DNA of 64,000 nt from Paraspadella gotoi (lineage: Eukaryota; Animalia; Chaetognatha), in the NCBI GenBank assembly GCA_051294375.1, contig CM119267.1, positions 22,817,486 through 22,881,485 on the forward strand. Reading direction: 5' to 3'. The position numbers and the translations under genes were made by a program. The notes beneath the pieces were generated by a model. It did no database searches. It was not told the origin of the DNA and saw nothing but the letters and a program-made list of their open reading frames with translations. This document shows, one piece after another, positions 1-9,977 of the stretch (its first letter is position 1; every line of letters starts with the position of its first letter).

Positions 1-868
1 AGTTCTATTTTTTTAGTTTTTACGGTCAGTCGTTCACATCGTAAAAAATGATTTATTCTTTTTAATACATCATTAAAAATCCCAACACGATGAAACATCG
101 ATGAAACAAGGTCGACGCTTAAATTACGGATGGGCTTATCTCAGTAAAGAAGACTTTTGGTTAAACTAATCCTTTTAAATTATTCACAAAGTCTTGAATC
201 TTTATTTATTAAACTGGATACCTTCTTTCTGACACCCCCTCTAAAAACCTCCCTTCCCACAACACCGTATCGCTCCAAATCCCCCATCCCCCATCCCCAT
301 TTTCCCATCCCCCTTTCCCCATTCCCCTTTCCCCATCCCCCATCCCCCTTTCCCCATCCCCCACCCCAATCCTCGTTATCTCTAAAAAATTATCCCAGTC
401 CTGAGATTCCCTTTTATTTTTATATTCGAATTCATCGAGTCTCTTTTTTTTTCAAACAATTTTTTTCTCCTTTTTTTCGAACAATTTGTCTAATTTACGT
501 CATTTCTAATTTCGAGCGAGAAAAACCAGTTTTCCGCCCAGTTTCCGATTTCGAAAAAAAGGCGGGGGACGATATTTGGGAAGGGGGAGGAGTATAGGGA
601 GGGGCAGTTGAATGTAAGAGACAGAGAGAGTTTTGGAAAAAGTTTTGAGTGGGGGGAGAGCGAGTCAAAAAAAGGAGTTGTTTTGGCGAGGAAAGAAAGT
701 TTAGTTCGACCTTTTTGGAAATCGACCGTTTTATTGTTATTCGAATGATAGGTTAATTAAACAAAATAAAGTCACAACACAAGTAAAGCGAAAACAAAAA
801 TCTTTTGTCAATTTATAAGTGACATAATTACAAATAAGAAGTCATTTCTTATTTCAACCGCGACTCAC

Positions 869-957
869 TTTGACTCCCTTCGCCATCTCGCCGAGGTTGG
901 ATGAAATCTTGCAGATGGCAGCACCGACGGCCGTGTAGTCCGTCTCGTCTTGTTCGC
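869..957 (-). CDS. TLN1: Talin, coding exon 12 (rod R1); gene continues beyond the window
   Basis: (G)EQDETDYTAVGAAICKISSNLGEMAKGVK matches the talin ETDYTAVG..ISSNL motif. Donor AAA|GTGAGT. Confidence 0.94.
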
Positions 958-1029
958 CTTTTGTTTCAAAAAATATATAAAAGCATTACGAATATCACTT
1001 ATTTTTCGTGAATTAAGATTTATCTTCAC

Positions 1030-1183
1030 CCGAAGTTAGCGTGACGACTTGGGCGGTGGCGCCGGTTATTGCGGCGACCTGCGATCCTACGTTTTGTTTG
1101 TTTACGTCGATCGTGTTTTGGCGCCATTTGAGCGACGCCGGATCGGATCCCAGCGCCGGAATGTCGGCGCCTTGCGACAATTC
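1030..1183 (-). CDS. TLN1: Talin, coding exon 11 (rod R1)
   Basis: ELSQGADIPALGSDPASLKWRQNTIDVNKQNVGSQVAAITGATAQVVTLTS. TTACAG acceptor, G|GTGAAG donor. Confidence 0.94.
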
Positions 1184-1381
1184 CTGTAATGAGGGAAAAA
1201 AAATGATGGTCCATAACCGTAATTTTTTTTAGTACTTTGCAAGTTTTCGCTTATCTTTTAATTGGAACATATTTTATAAAAAATTCGACCCAAAGTTGAG
1301 AATTAACACGTGAATGGCTAATGGCCAATGAGTCCTCACTCCTCACTCCTCAGTCCTCACTCATTACTCCTCACTCCTCAC

Positions 1382-1501
1382 CCGCTGCGCGTCTCCCAGT
1401 TCCCCGTAGGATTTCTCGATCGTGCCAAGCAACGCCCGCTGCCCAGTGTTCTGTCCGTTCAAGTAGTTGCCCGCGTTGCCAAGCTGCGGCGCTTGGTGAG
1501 C
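1382..1501 (-). CDS. TLN1: Talin, coding exon 10 (linker/rod R1 start)
   Basis: AHQAPQLGNAGNYLNGQNTGQRALLGTIEKSYGELGDAQR resembles talin AQQALTGTI. GAAAG acceptor, CGG|GTGAGG donor, phase 0/0. Confidence 0.88.
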
Positions 1502-1601
1502 CTTTCGAAAGGAAAGCAGGAAAGGTAAACGAAGAAAAGAGTTAATGAGCGGGATAATTCAAAAAACAAAATACAAAAATATTCAGAGTTATTTCCCTTA
1601 C

Positions 1602-1726
1602 CTGAAAGACTTGCCCGGTTTGGGCGACAAGTTTGGCTTGATCGTCCATCGTGCCCGTCGTGTAGGAGGAGGGGCCTTGTCCGCCCGGCCTCATCACTCC
1701 CGGAATTGCCACTTGGCCCATTTGAC
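1602..1726 (-). CDS. TLN1: Talin, coding exon 9 (head-rod linker)
   Basis: (G)QMGQVAIPGVMRPGGQGPSSYTTGTMDDQAKLVAQTGQVFQ resembles the talin GSVALPAIMRSG linker. GCCAG acceptor, CAG|GTAAGG donor. Confidence 0.92.
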
Positions 1727-2424
1727 CTGGCGAAGAGATCGAGAGCATTAATAAGGTTAAAAAATACGAGACATGGAATCGTACGTATAACTGTAATAAG
1801 TGTATAATAGTGTATAATGTATAATGTATACTGTATATATGTTCGGAAAGTTTTTTTTTCCATTCTATTTGTATTTAATAGAATTGGCCATCTTTCTTCA
1901 TTTTATGAGGAACATAAAGAGCGGATGGCATCTCGCCACCGTCGAGTCGCCACCCGTCGAGTTGGGATATATTGAATTTTAATTGAAAGATAAATTCTGA
2001 TTTTATCGTAAAATTAAAAGCAGCAGATGTGATGATTCGGTGAAAAAGAACAGGAAAAAAAAGAAGAATAATAAAGATAGAAAGAAAATGAAAGAAAGAA
2101 AAAAATATATAAAGAAAGAAAGAAATATAGAAAGAAAGAAAGAAATATAGAAAGAAAGAAAGAAATATAGAAAGAAAGAAATAAATATTGAAAGAAAGAA
2201 AGAAATATAGAAAGAAAGAAAGAAAAAAAGAAAAAAAGAAAAAAAGAAAGAAAGAAAGAGAAAAAGAAAGAAAAATACCTCCCAATCCCATGTCTCACTT
2301 CCTCAATTAAAGATTGCGAATAATCCCTTTCCTTGTTGGGATGAAAAAAAGGCTCCTGATATTTTAACCCTTTTTCTCGAAAAATATGGATCAAACGAAA
2401 TGTGTGAGAGTTAGTGTTAGGGGG

Positions 2425-2460
<36 letters not shown>

Positions 2461-2869
2461 GAGAGAAAGAGAGAGATACATTTATTTCTTTCAATCTTAT
2501 TTCCATCTCCCTTCCTGCCTCCTTCCCTCTCTCTCTCTATGTTTCTCCCTCTCTCTCCCTCTCCCTCTCTCTCTTTTTTTTTCCTCTCTCAGACACGTCT
2601 CGGTCTCAATCTCGTTAAATTTCCCGAGGGTTATAACTTAGAGCCTCGAGGGCGTTTCACAGTGCCAACTCGGATTATGACAACAAAAATTATTAAGCGG
2701 AAAGAAAAAAAAAGGGTCAATTTCTGGTTTAATACAAAATCTACCCTCTATTATTTATTACTTTAGAATTAAAGATCTACGTTTTTAAAAATCCTTTCAA
2801 ACTATACTTTTAGTATTAAATTTACCTTTAAACTACAGTTAATTATTTTAATACATGTACCATACTTTA

Positions 2870-3025
2870 AACAGAGTTACTGAGTTTTGATGTTACAAAA
2901 TGCTCACATTTTCGCAGCGTGCTCGAGCTTAGATGCTGCGAGATGCTCACCTTTCAGCAGCGTCCCCGAGTTTTGATACTGCAAGATGCTCACCTTTCAG
3001 CAGCGTCCCAGAGTTTTGATGCTGA
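2870..3025 (-). repeat. 43-bp tandem repeat (~3.5 copies) spanning the talin exon 8 donor
   Basis: Unit CAgcATCAAAACTC.GGGACGCTGCTGAAAG|GTGAGCATCTTG. GTGAGCAT starts at 2993, 2950 and 2907. Confidence 0.85.
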
Positions 3026-3139
3026 ACAATGGTCGCCCGTCGAGGTGAAAGGAAATCGTCGACCATGAGTTCCTCTTCGTCGCCATCGATGCCCAGATGG
3101 TCTTGGCCTTTTTTCTTCTTGAGGATGATGTCGATGTAG
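2994..3139 (-). CDS. TLN1: Talin, coding exon 8 (F3 end/neck)
   Basis: YIDIILKKKKGQDHLGIDGDEEELMVDDFLSPRRATIVQHQNSGTLLK. TTCCAG acceptor, G|GTGAGC donor. Confidence 0.94.
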
Positions 3140-3493
3140 CTGGAATTAAAATTTAACCAAAATATTAACAAAAATGATGACAAAATGAAAAAAATGACGC
3201 TAAAATAATGAAGTAAAACAAATTAAACAAAAGAAAGTATTTTGAATTGAATTGAATTGAATTGAATTGAATTGAATTCAAACAAAAGAAAGTAATTGAA
3301 TTCAAAATTCAAAATAAAAGAGCCGACTTGTAAATATTTTACAAAAATTTTTTTTCACAAAACTTGTATTTTTTATTATAGAAAATACAAATACTAATAC
3401 AGGCACAACAAGCTTAGTAGACCAACAACGAAAGTAATGAATATATATATATAATTATATATACATAAAGTCCCTAATAGAAACCATAACTAC

Positions 3494-3627
3494 CCGGCTA
3501 TGAGTTGGGAGATCTGTTCCCCTTCTGTTGTTTGAACTGAGTAATAAGATTCTGAGTAATCGCCGAAGTCGAGGGTGAAGGAGTTGGGGGATGCGGCCCA
3601 CCGTTTGACAGTCGTCAGAGGCCACAC
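3494..3627 (-). CDS. TLN1: Talin, coding exon 7 (F3, integrin-binding PTB-like subdomain)
   Basis: VWPLTTVKRWAASPNSFTLDFGDYSESYYSVQTTEGEQISQLIAG, with the conserved KRWAAS. TTCAAG acceptor, GG|GTAGTT donor. Confidence 0.96.
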
Positions 3628-4080
3628 CTTGAAGGAAGAGTTGATTACGAATTTGATAATATGTGATAATCATAAATTGCTTAAACGAACAGAAAAGACA
3701 GAAAAATATATCGTTCGGATCGCCAATAACGAAGAAAATTTTTCATTTTCTTTTCTCTATTGCTCGGTGACACTCAATGTAATTTGAATATTGTATTGAT
3801 AGGCGAAATCTATATAAATTCGTAAAGGACTTTGTTTTAGGTTAGGAATAAGAAAATACACTTCAGGTAATAAAATTTCAGACATGTTTTAATTTCGTCT
3901 GAAACTAAGCGTTCTGAATTCATACTTGATGGGTAGCGAGGGAAAAGTATGAAATGAAGCTTTATTGCCGTCCCTAATGATATTTCAAAAAATATTCTAC
4001 CGTTTCGACCAAAGATTTTAGCAAGTATCTTCCGTATGTTTTATGGATAATTACTAAATTGATTTGTCAACAAAACTTAC

Positions 4081-4167
4081 TTTTAAAAAGTCTTTCGTTT
4101 TCTCGTCCATCCGAATGACGCTGTCCTTCGTCACTCCCAAGAGTCGAGGTACAAGTCGATTCTTTCC
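4081..4167 (-). CDS. TLN1: Talin, coding exon 6 (F3)
   Basis: GKNRLVPRLLGVTKDSVIRMDEKTKDFLK. CTACAG acceptor, AAA|GTAAGT donor. Confidence 0.96.
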
Positions 4168-4322
4168 CTGTAGAAAAAGATAAATAAGTCCGTCAAATAT
4201 AATCTGTCTTTATGATGGTACTTACTTTTAACTTTGCGCGATACATTTATCAATATTATCAGTTATAACAGGAAACAATAATAGTAATTATTTATTAATA
4301 ATAATGATTTAAGCAGTTTCAC

Positions 4323-4462
4323 CTTCATCTTTTCCTTGACGAGAAAGAAAGTGACCCCGTAGGTTTTCAAACTTCGCGCCAAATGAGTGTAGGAGACTTT
4401 AGCGTCCAATTCCACGACGCCGGCGTGTTTCCGATGCTCAAAGTAGATTTTCTTTTCGATTT
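4323..4462 (-). CDS. TLN1: Talin, coding exon 5 (F2/F3)
   Basis: (E)IEKKIYFEHRKHAGVVELDAKVSYTHLARSLKTYGVTFFLVKEKMK. CCAG acceptor, AAG|GTGAAA donor. Confidence 0.96.
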
Positions 4463-4640
4463 CTGGACGTAAAATTGATTCGGCGTTAAAGTGCAATCAT
4501 TACATTCAAACTTTAAATAAAACTAAGGAATAATTCGCATCAAGAAGAATTAAAATGCAATGAAGGACTTCAGGTTATATGGATTGCTCAAACCTTTTGG
4601 TTTTTAATTTACAAAAAATTCTTCCTAAAAAAGAACTTAC

Positions 4641-4804
4641 CTTTGGTTTTGAGGTACTCCTTGGGCAGAAACTCTTTGAGGTCGATGAAGCCGCGTTTGT
4701 GCTTTTGTTCGACGTGATCGCCGAATTGGATCTGCGCCTGGAGGCCGGCGAACTCCAGCGCCTTCTCGAGGGAAACGGGGTGGTTGCCGTTGATGATGGC
4801 GTCT
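4641..4804 (-). CDS. TLN1: Talin, coding exon 4 (F2)
   Basis: (R)DAIINGNHPVSLEKALEFAGLQAQIQFGDHVEQKHKRGFIDLKEFLPKEYLKTK. CCACAG acceptor, G|GTAAGT donor. Confidence 0.96.
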
Positions 4805-5100
4805 CTGTGGACACAGTGGGGGGGTAAGAGTATAAATAAGTGAGGTTAGGTTGGTGAGTAAATGCTAAAAAGTTAATTATATTTTATTCTCATTAATTCC
4901 CTTGTTTTATTCATTCTGGACAGTAATCGAGAGGGCACTATTTTCGAATCTTGTTTTAAAACATAAGAACAGTTTTTCAAACAGAAAAGATAAGGAGAGA
5001 TAAGGGAAAAGCAGGTTCTGTTGAGTCCGCCTACGCGTCAAGGGCCTAGTCAGCCTTGTCGGCGTAGTAATCGAATAAGGTTTTATGATCGTTTCTAAAA

Positions 5101-7189
5101 ATGGCGACCGCCCTGCCGCATCTACAACTGCAACGGGCCGTCCGTACGGCCGAAGAAACCCTTCGGCGGTTCCTGGACGCGCATCTGGACGCCGCCGAGT
5201 TTCAGCGCCAACTTGAACACTCTGGCGACGAACTCCCGAACTACGTTCAGCGGTCGATGTTATTTCCTCAAAGCGCCTTTAGATTCGCCGATTGCGACGC
5301 CACTCACCTCAAGTTCGTCGCGGAAAAGGCCAAGAAGTTTAATCTACTCAACATAAATAACAAGCAGGCGCGCGCTTTGGAAATCTTCAGGAAAGCGCGA
5401 AATTTTTTATCGCATCAGGTTGAGCGAAAGAATGTCAGAGAACTGAGAAGCAGACGGACCGAATGCGATAAGTACGTTGGAGAAGTCAAGGGCGCGTTGA
5501 AGATTTTTCAAAATCCCGGGGATTATGAACGCTCTCTCAACGCGATAGTGGCGCCGTCGACGGCCGCGGAGGAGAACGAACTGACTCCCGGTAACGACGC
5601 CACTATTGACGCTACTTGGGGAGATCGAGGGGAAGGTGCCGTCGGTGTCTCCGTCAAAGGAACTGAGACGAAGATCGTGGCGCCGCTGGAAGAGAGCGCA
5701 GCCGAGTCGAAGAGTCGATCCTTCAACTTGAAGCGGGTTACGGATGGAAAACAACACGAGATCGTCGAGGAGGGCGGGCGGAAGTTTGCGATTCTTGATT
5801 TGGCGCCGTCGACGGTCGAGCGAGAAACGATCCTTGGGAATCAGAAGATTACCGTCGAGGCGAAGATGAAGATCCCGACGTCGCCGGTGCGGCTCGAGGT
5901 CTGCGGCAGCGACGCTGCGAGCGACGATGACGGCGATGACGAAAAGCTTCGACTGACGGTGAACACGATGACCAAAGATAACGCGATCGGCGTCGACGCG
6001 CAGGTGGCGTGCTCGTCGAAGCAGGTGCGATTGGTCGAAGCGGAAAGTGGCGGCGTTTTACAGATGCAGCGTCTTTGCGAAGACGACGAATGCAGCGAAG
6101 AATTAGAAGTTGAGGAAGAATTAGAACCCGACCCGATCAAGAGCGGAAAAAGATTTGGTAAATCGAATCGAAGGTTGACGAGAAAAAGAAAAGTTGTCAC
6201 TACCAAAGCTAACGTCGAAATGAGAGGAAAAAGGACGAAGAAATTCGGACTCTTAAAAATGACTTACACGATCGATTACAATCTCGACGGTTACCCTTTG
6301 CATCAAGCGGCGAGAGACGGAAACGTTCAACGAATTCGCGATCTCTGTCAAACGTTGGACTTTGGCAGCGTCAATGCCAAAGACGAGAAAGGCAACACGG
6401 CGCTCCATCTGGCGACGATCGAGGGCAAAAAGAAATCATTTGACGAACTCTTGCGTCTCGGAGCGAAAGTCGACGTCAAAAACGCGGAAGGTCAAACTTG
6501 TTTGATGATCGCGGCGTCGACGGGAGACGAAGCCACGCTCGATTCTCTGCTCGACGCCGGCGCGGGTTTGGACTTTGTAGACCATGACCAAAAGACGGCG
6601 TTGTTGCTCGCCATCGAAGGCGGCTACGCGGAAGTCGCTCGTCGACTCTGCGATCGAAAAGCCGACGTCAACTTCCACGAGGGCGACGTCTGCTGTTTGA
6701 GAAAAGCGTTGGAGGCCTGCGGAGATTCGGGAGCGGATTTCGAGCCGGTCGTCGCCGCATTGCTCGAGGGAGGCTACGATGTCGACTGGACGAATAAATC
6801 GGGACTCTCCACTTTGGAATGGTCGAGGAAGACCGAGAGGCTTCGGTGGTTGCCGGAAAAGTTTCGATCCATGATGGAGGCCGTCACGAAGCGGGAATTG
6901 GATTTTCTTCAAGCGGCGTCAGAGGGTAACGAGAGTTTCGTCAGGGAATATTTAAAACAAAAGGGCGACGTGAACGCGCGCGGCACCGAAAACGAAACGG
7001 CGCTCATTCTCGCTTGCGAGAGACAGGACGAACGGATGGTCAAGAGTCTCTTGGAACACGGCGCCAATCACAGTTTGCGAAGGCGTGATGGAAAAGGCTC
7101 CATTGAAATTGGCAGGGAAACGGACAATCACGCGATTGTCTGGATGCTCTGTGAAAAGTCGAAAGATGATCCACGAATAATTATCGAAG
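5101..7189 (+). CDS. Nested gene, exon 1: putative DZIP3-like HEPN domain + linker + ankyrin repeats
   Basis: Long GC-rich ORF starting AAAATGGCG. Contains LFP..DCDATHL..RKARNFLSH, then about 8-9 ankyrin repeats (YPLHQAA, NTALHLA, QTCLMIA, KTALLLA, ETALILA) at ~6292-7150. Probable donor AG|GTGAAA at 7190; GTATGA at 7250 is an alternative phase-1 donor. Confidence 0.85.
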
Positions 7190-7371
7190 GTGAAATGAGA
7201 ATTCCTAATATTTGTAGTCGGGCATTGCATAAGTTCACCACGCCTATAAGTATGACACCTTCAGTCATGACCCGGTGGCACATTGAGTACGAGACAATTA
7301 AGTTACACTCATAGTAAGTAAGCCGAATAATCAGAAATTAATAATTTATTCCATCCTCAAACTTTCATCAG

Positions 7372-8348
7372 CTTCCTCACCGAAAATATCCCTGGACCTG
7401 ATCGAGCATATTACCATCCCCGCGGTCAATCCTTTTCTCTCCGATCGATTCCCTGTCGGCGAAGGATTCGTCGTCGCTTTTGTCGGCAGCAAGATTCTCA
7501 TCTGGGGCGGACGACAGCTATCACGACTCGACGGGACAATCGTCTTCCTTCGTCCCGACTTCATCCACGCCGCCGATCATAACGACCTCACTCGGTGGAG
7601 CCACGTCCGAGCCTCCGGCGACATCCCGCCACCCACCGCCAACTCCGCGGTCGTCGTCTTCGGCGATCTAGTCTACATTTACGGAGGTCAAACGCCGCTC
7701 GGTCGAAGCAACGAGATTTATTCTCTCTCGGTCGACGGAAACTTCGCCAAGTTGTCCGTGGACCTTCTCTCTCCTCTCCCGGGCCAGATCTGCTGGGCAG
7801 AGGGTTGGATCCATGGCGGCAGGCTCTGCTTCTTGCGAGCCAACCTCGGGGAGAATCCTGAAGTGGCAGAGTTTGATCCCGATGAAAATACGTTTCGGGT
7901 TTTGCCAACGAAGGGAACGCCTCCCGGTTTGAAGCCTACTATGGACTGCCACCCTTCCTTGGCGAAGTTGAGGAACGAGTTGTTCTGTGGAAATCCACTA
8001 GGGTCGGGGCAGTGGCACTCGTTGAACCTAGAGACGTTGGAGTGGACGATCGTTTCCGCGGGATTGCTAAAATCTTGCGCAGATCTCACCGTCTCTGCGA
8101 TTTCAGAGTCGGAGGTTTTGATCGTCGGCGGCAAAGGGTCCAATCAGGTCTGGGTGTTTGACGTCGAGAATCGTCGGGCGCGGCGGCGAAGGAACATCAA
8201 GCAGAGAGCTTGCAAGGAGGGAGAGTATTACAAGCACAGCGCCGTGTCATTGTGGATTGACGGCAAAGTCCCAAAAGTGATCTGCTTCGGCGGATACAGG
8301 AAAGCGACGAGACATGCTGAACATGTTCTACAATTCTACGTTTCGTGA
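7372..8348 (+). CDS. Nested gene, exon 2: Kelch-type beta-propeller
   Basis: Acceptor TTTCATCAG at 7371, phase 1, in frame with ORF 7752..8348. Kelch-like motifs ILIWGG, SGDIPPPTANSAVVVFGDLVYIYGG, WHSLNLETLEWT, VLIVGG..QVWVFD and HSAV..VICFGG. Stop TGA at 8346-8348. Confidence 0.82.
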
Positions 8349-8719
8349 TCAGGGGGATTTGGATGCTACTGATTTATTAAATTGTTATTAAATTATTAAA
8401 ATTACGATTTTTTCCTCCTCCATTTTTTTCTTTTTTTTTTACTTTCTTTTTCCTTTTTTCGCTTCTCGGCAAATACCATTTTATTGAGCTTGATTCCAAG
8501 GGCTTGATTTTACAATCACCAAATTATTAAATTTTAACTAATACACATTCCATCAATTATTTTTAAAAAACACCGTTTCTTGTATTTGACGAGTATTTTT
8601 TAGCGTCATATTAATTTTTTAAAAAATACATTTGCGTTGTGATTTAAATGAAAACAAATAAACAGCTGTACTCACACTCCCGCACCTGCCCATCTCACCC
8701 CCCCCCAACTACTCGGCAC

Positions 8720-8936
8720 CTGCACTGAACGTAGAGCAGATTGAGCTGCACCGGATCCCGCGCGTCGACGTTCTGATCCGAGAAGAAGAACTTCCGCTTG
8801 AGCAGCAACGTGACGGCCTCGTCGATGCCTTGCTCGCGGAGAGTCTTGGAGTGGTCGAGCCAATTGATGTCGTCGTCCGTCGGGATGCGTCGCTTCATCT
8901 CCTCCATCTTGCGGGTGCTGCGGTCGAGGGTCGCGC
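8720..8936 (-). CDS. TLN1: Talin, coding exon 3 (F1/F2)
   Basis: (G)ATLDRSTRKMEEMKRRIPTDDDINWLDHSKTLREQGIDEAVTLLLKRKFFFSDQNVDARDPVQLNLLYVQC. ACAG acceptor, AG|GTGCCG donor. Confidence 0.96.
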
Positions 8937-9977
8937 CTGTGGGTAGGGGGAGGTGTCGAGGGTGGGTTGTTGGTAAGCCGCGGGTGAGTGAGGGGAAACA
9001 TTTTACGGCTGACGATGGTTTTTTTTTTTCGAAAACTATGAAATGTTTTTTTTAAATTTTTAATCTGAACAAGATACACTCAGGAATGGTATTTTCATTC
9101 TGAAATACTATTATAAATACATATATCACATAATAATTTTGCTCAGATTCCTCTTCAATCTTATGCAACGAGAATTCCCGAAAATTCCTCCGCAAAAGAT
9201 TTCAGAATCAAGCAATAACATCCGGGTCTCGGAATGGCAGTAATTATCCAGCGGAAGTTTGGCTTTTGGCCTTATGGGGCACGTCGAGCGTTTTTCTTCA
9301 CCGAGAAAGCGGCACGCTTTTACTTCCCCCCCCCCACTACTCGGGGAATGGCTGGGTCACGTGATCTCTCACCATCTTAAACCCGTCGAACGATCATCAC
9401 AGGAATTCGTAGTTCACCGGCGGAAGTAAACAAACAAACAGGAATAGACGATTTGTGGGGGTCATCGGTTCTGGTAGTCGTTAGGCCTTAGGGGGTGCCC
9501 GTCTCAAGGCAGTTTAAATATAATGTAATTTAATTTTAATACAGACTCATGAGTCATGAGTTTTCCTTAATCTCCTTTCCCTTTTTCTGGATCAAGATCT
9601 TTTTTTGGGAATAAGAAAAAAGAAAAAAGAACAATAAAAAAAAAAAAAGAATCGAATTCCGCGCATAACTTTCCTTCTTTTTTTTTTGTTTTGGCTTCGA
9701 AGAAATCGTGACTCGAGGCGACGGAAAAAGAAAAGAGGGAAAAACTAAGGAGACAGAATTAATTGGATTCAAGAAAGAAAAGATGGAAATAGAAAAAAAA
9801 CAAAAGGGAAGCGATTAGAAAATTGGGCAGAGAAAATAGAAAGAAATGAGACGAAATTGAATGAAAAGAAGGAAACAATGAAACGAACGAACGCCAATGA
9901 GCAAACAAACAAAAAAGGGATGACCCTAATCAAAAATACCAAAAAGATAAAAGAGAAAAAAAAGGATAAGGGAAAAT

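Noticed and set aside
1875-2766. ORFs of poly-ER, LS or FLSF here and throughout the window
   Set aside because: They are translations of (AG)n and (AAAG)n microsatellites, or ORFs that run through N gaps.
5407-7230. Several antisense ORFs over the nested gene
   Set aside because: They are shadow frames of a GC-rich CDS with no recognisable motifs.
7190-7313. Micro-exon within the nested gene's intron
   Set aside because: All frame-preserving AG/GT combinations tested (7218-7313, 7251-7313, 7234-7317) contain stop codons.
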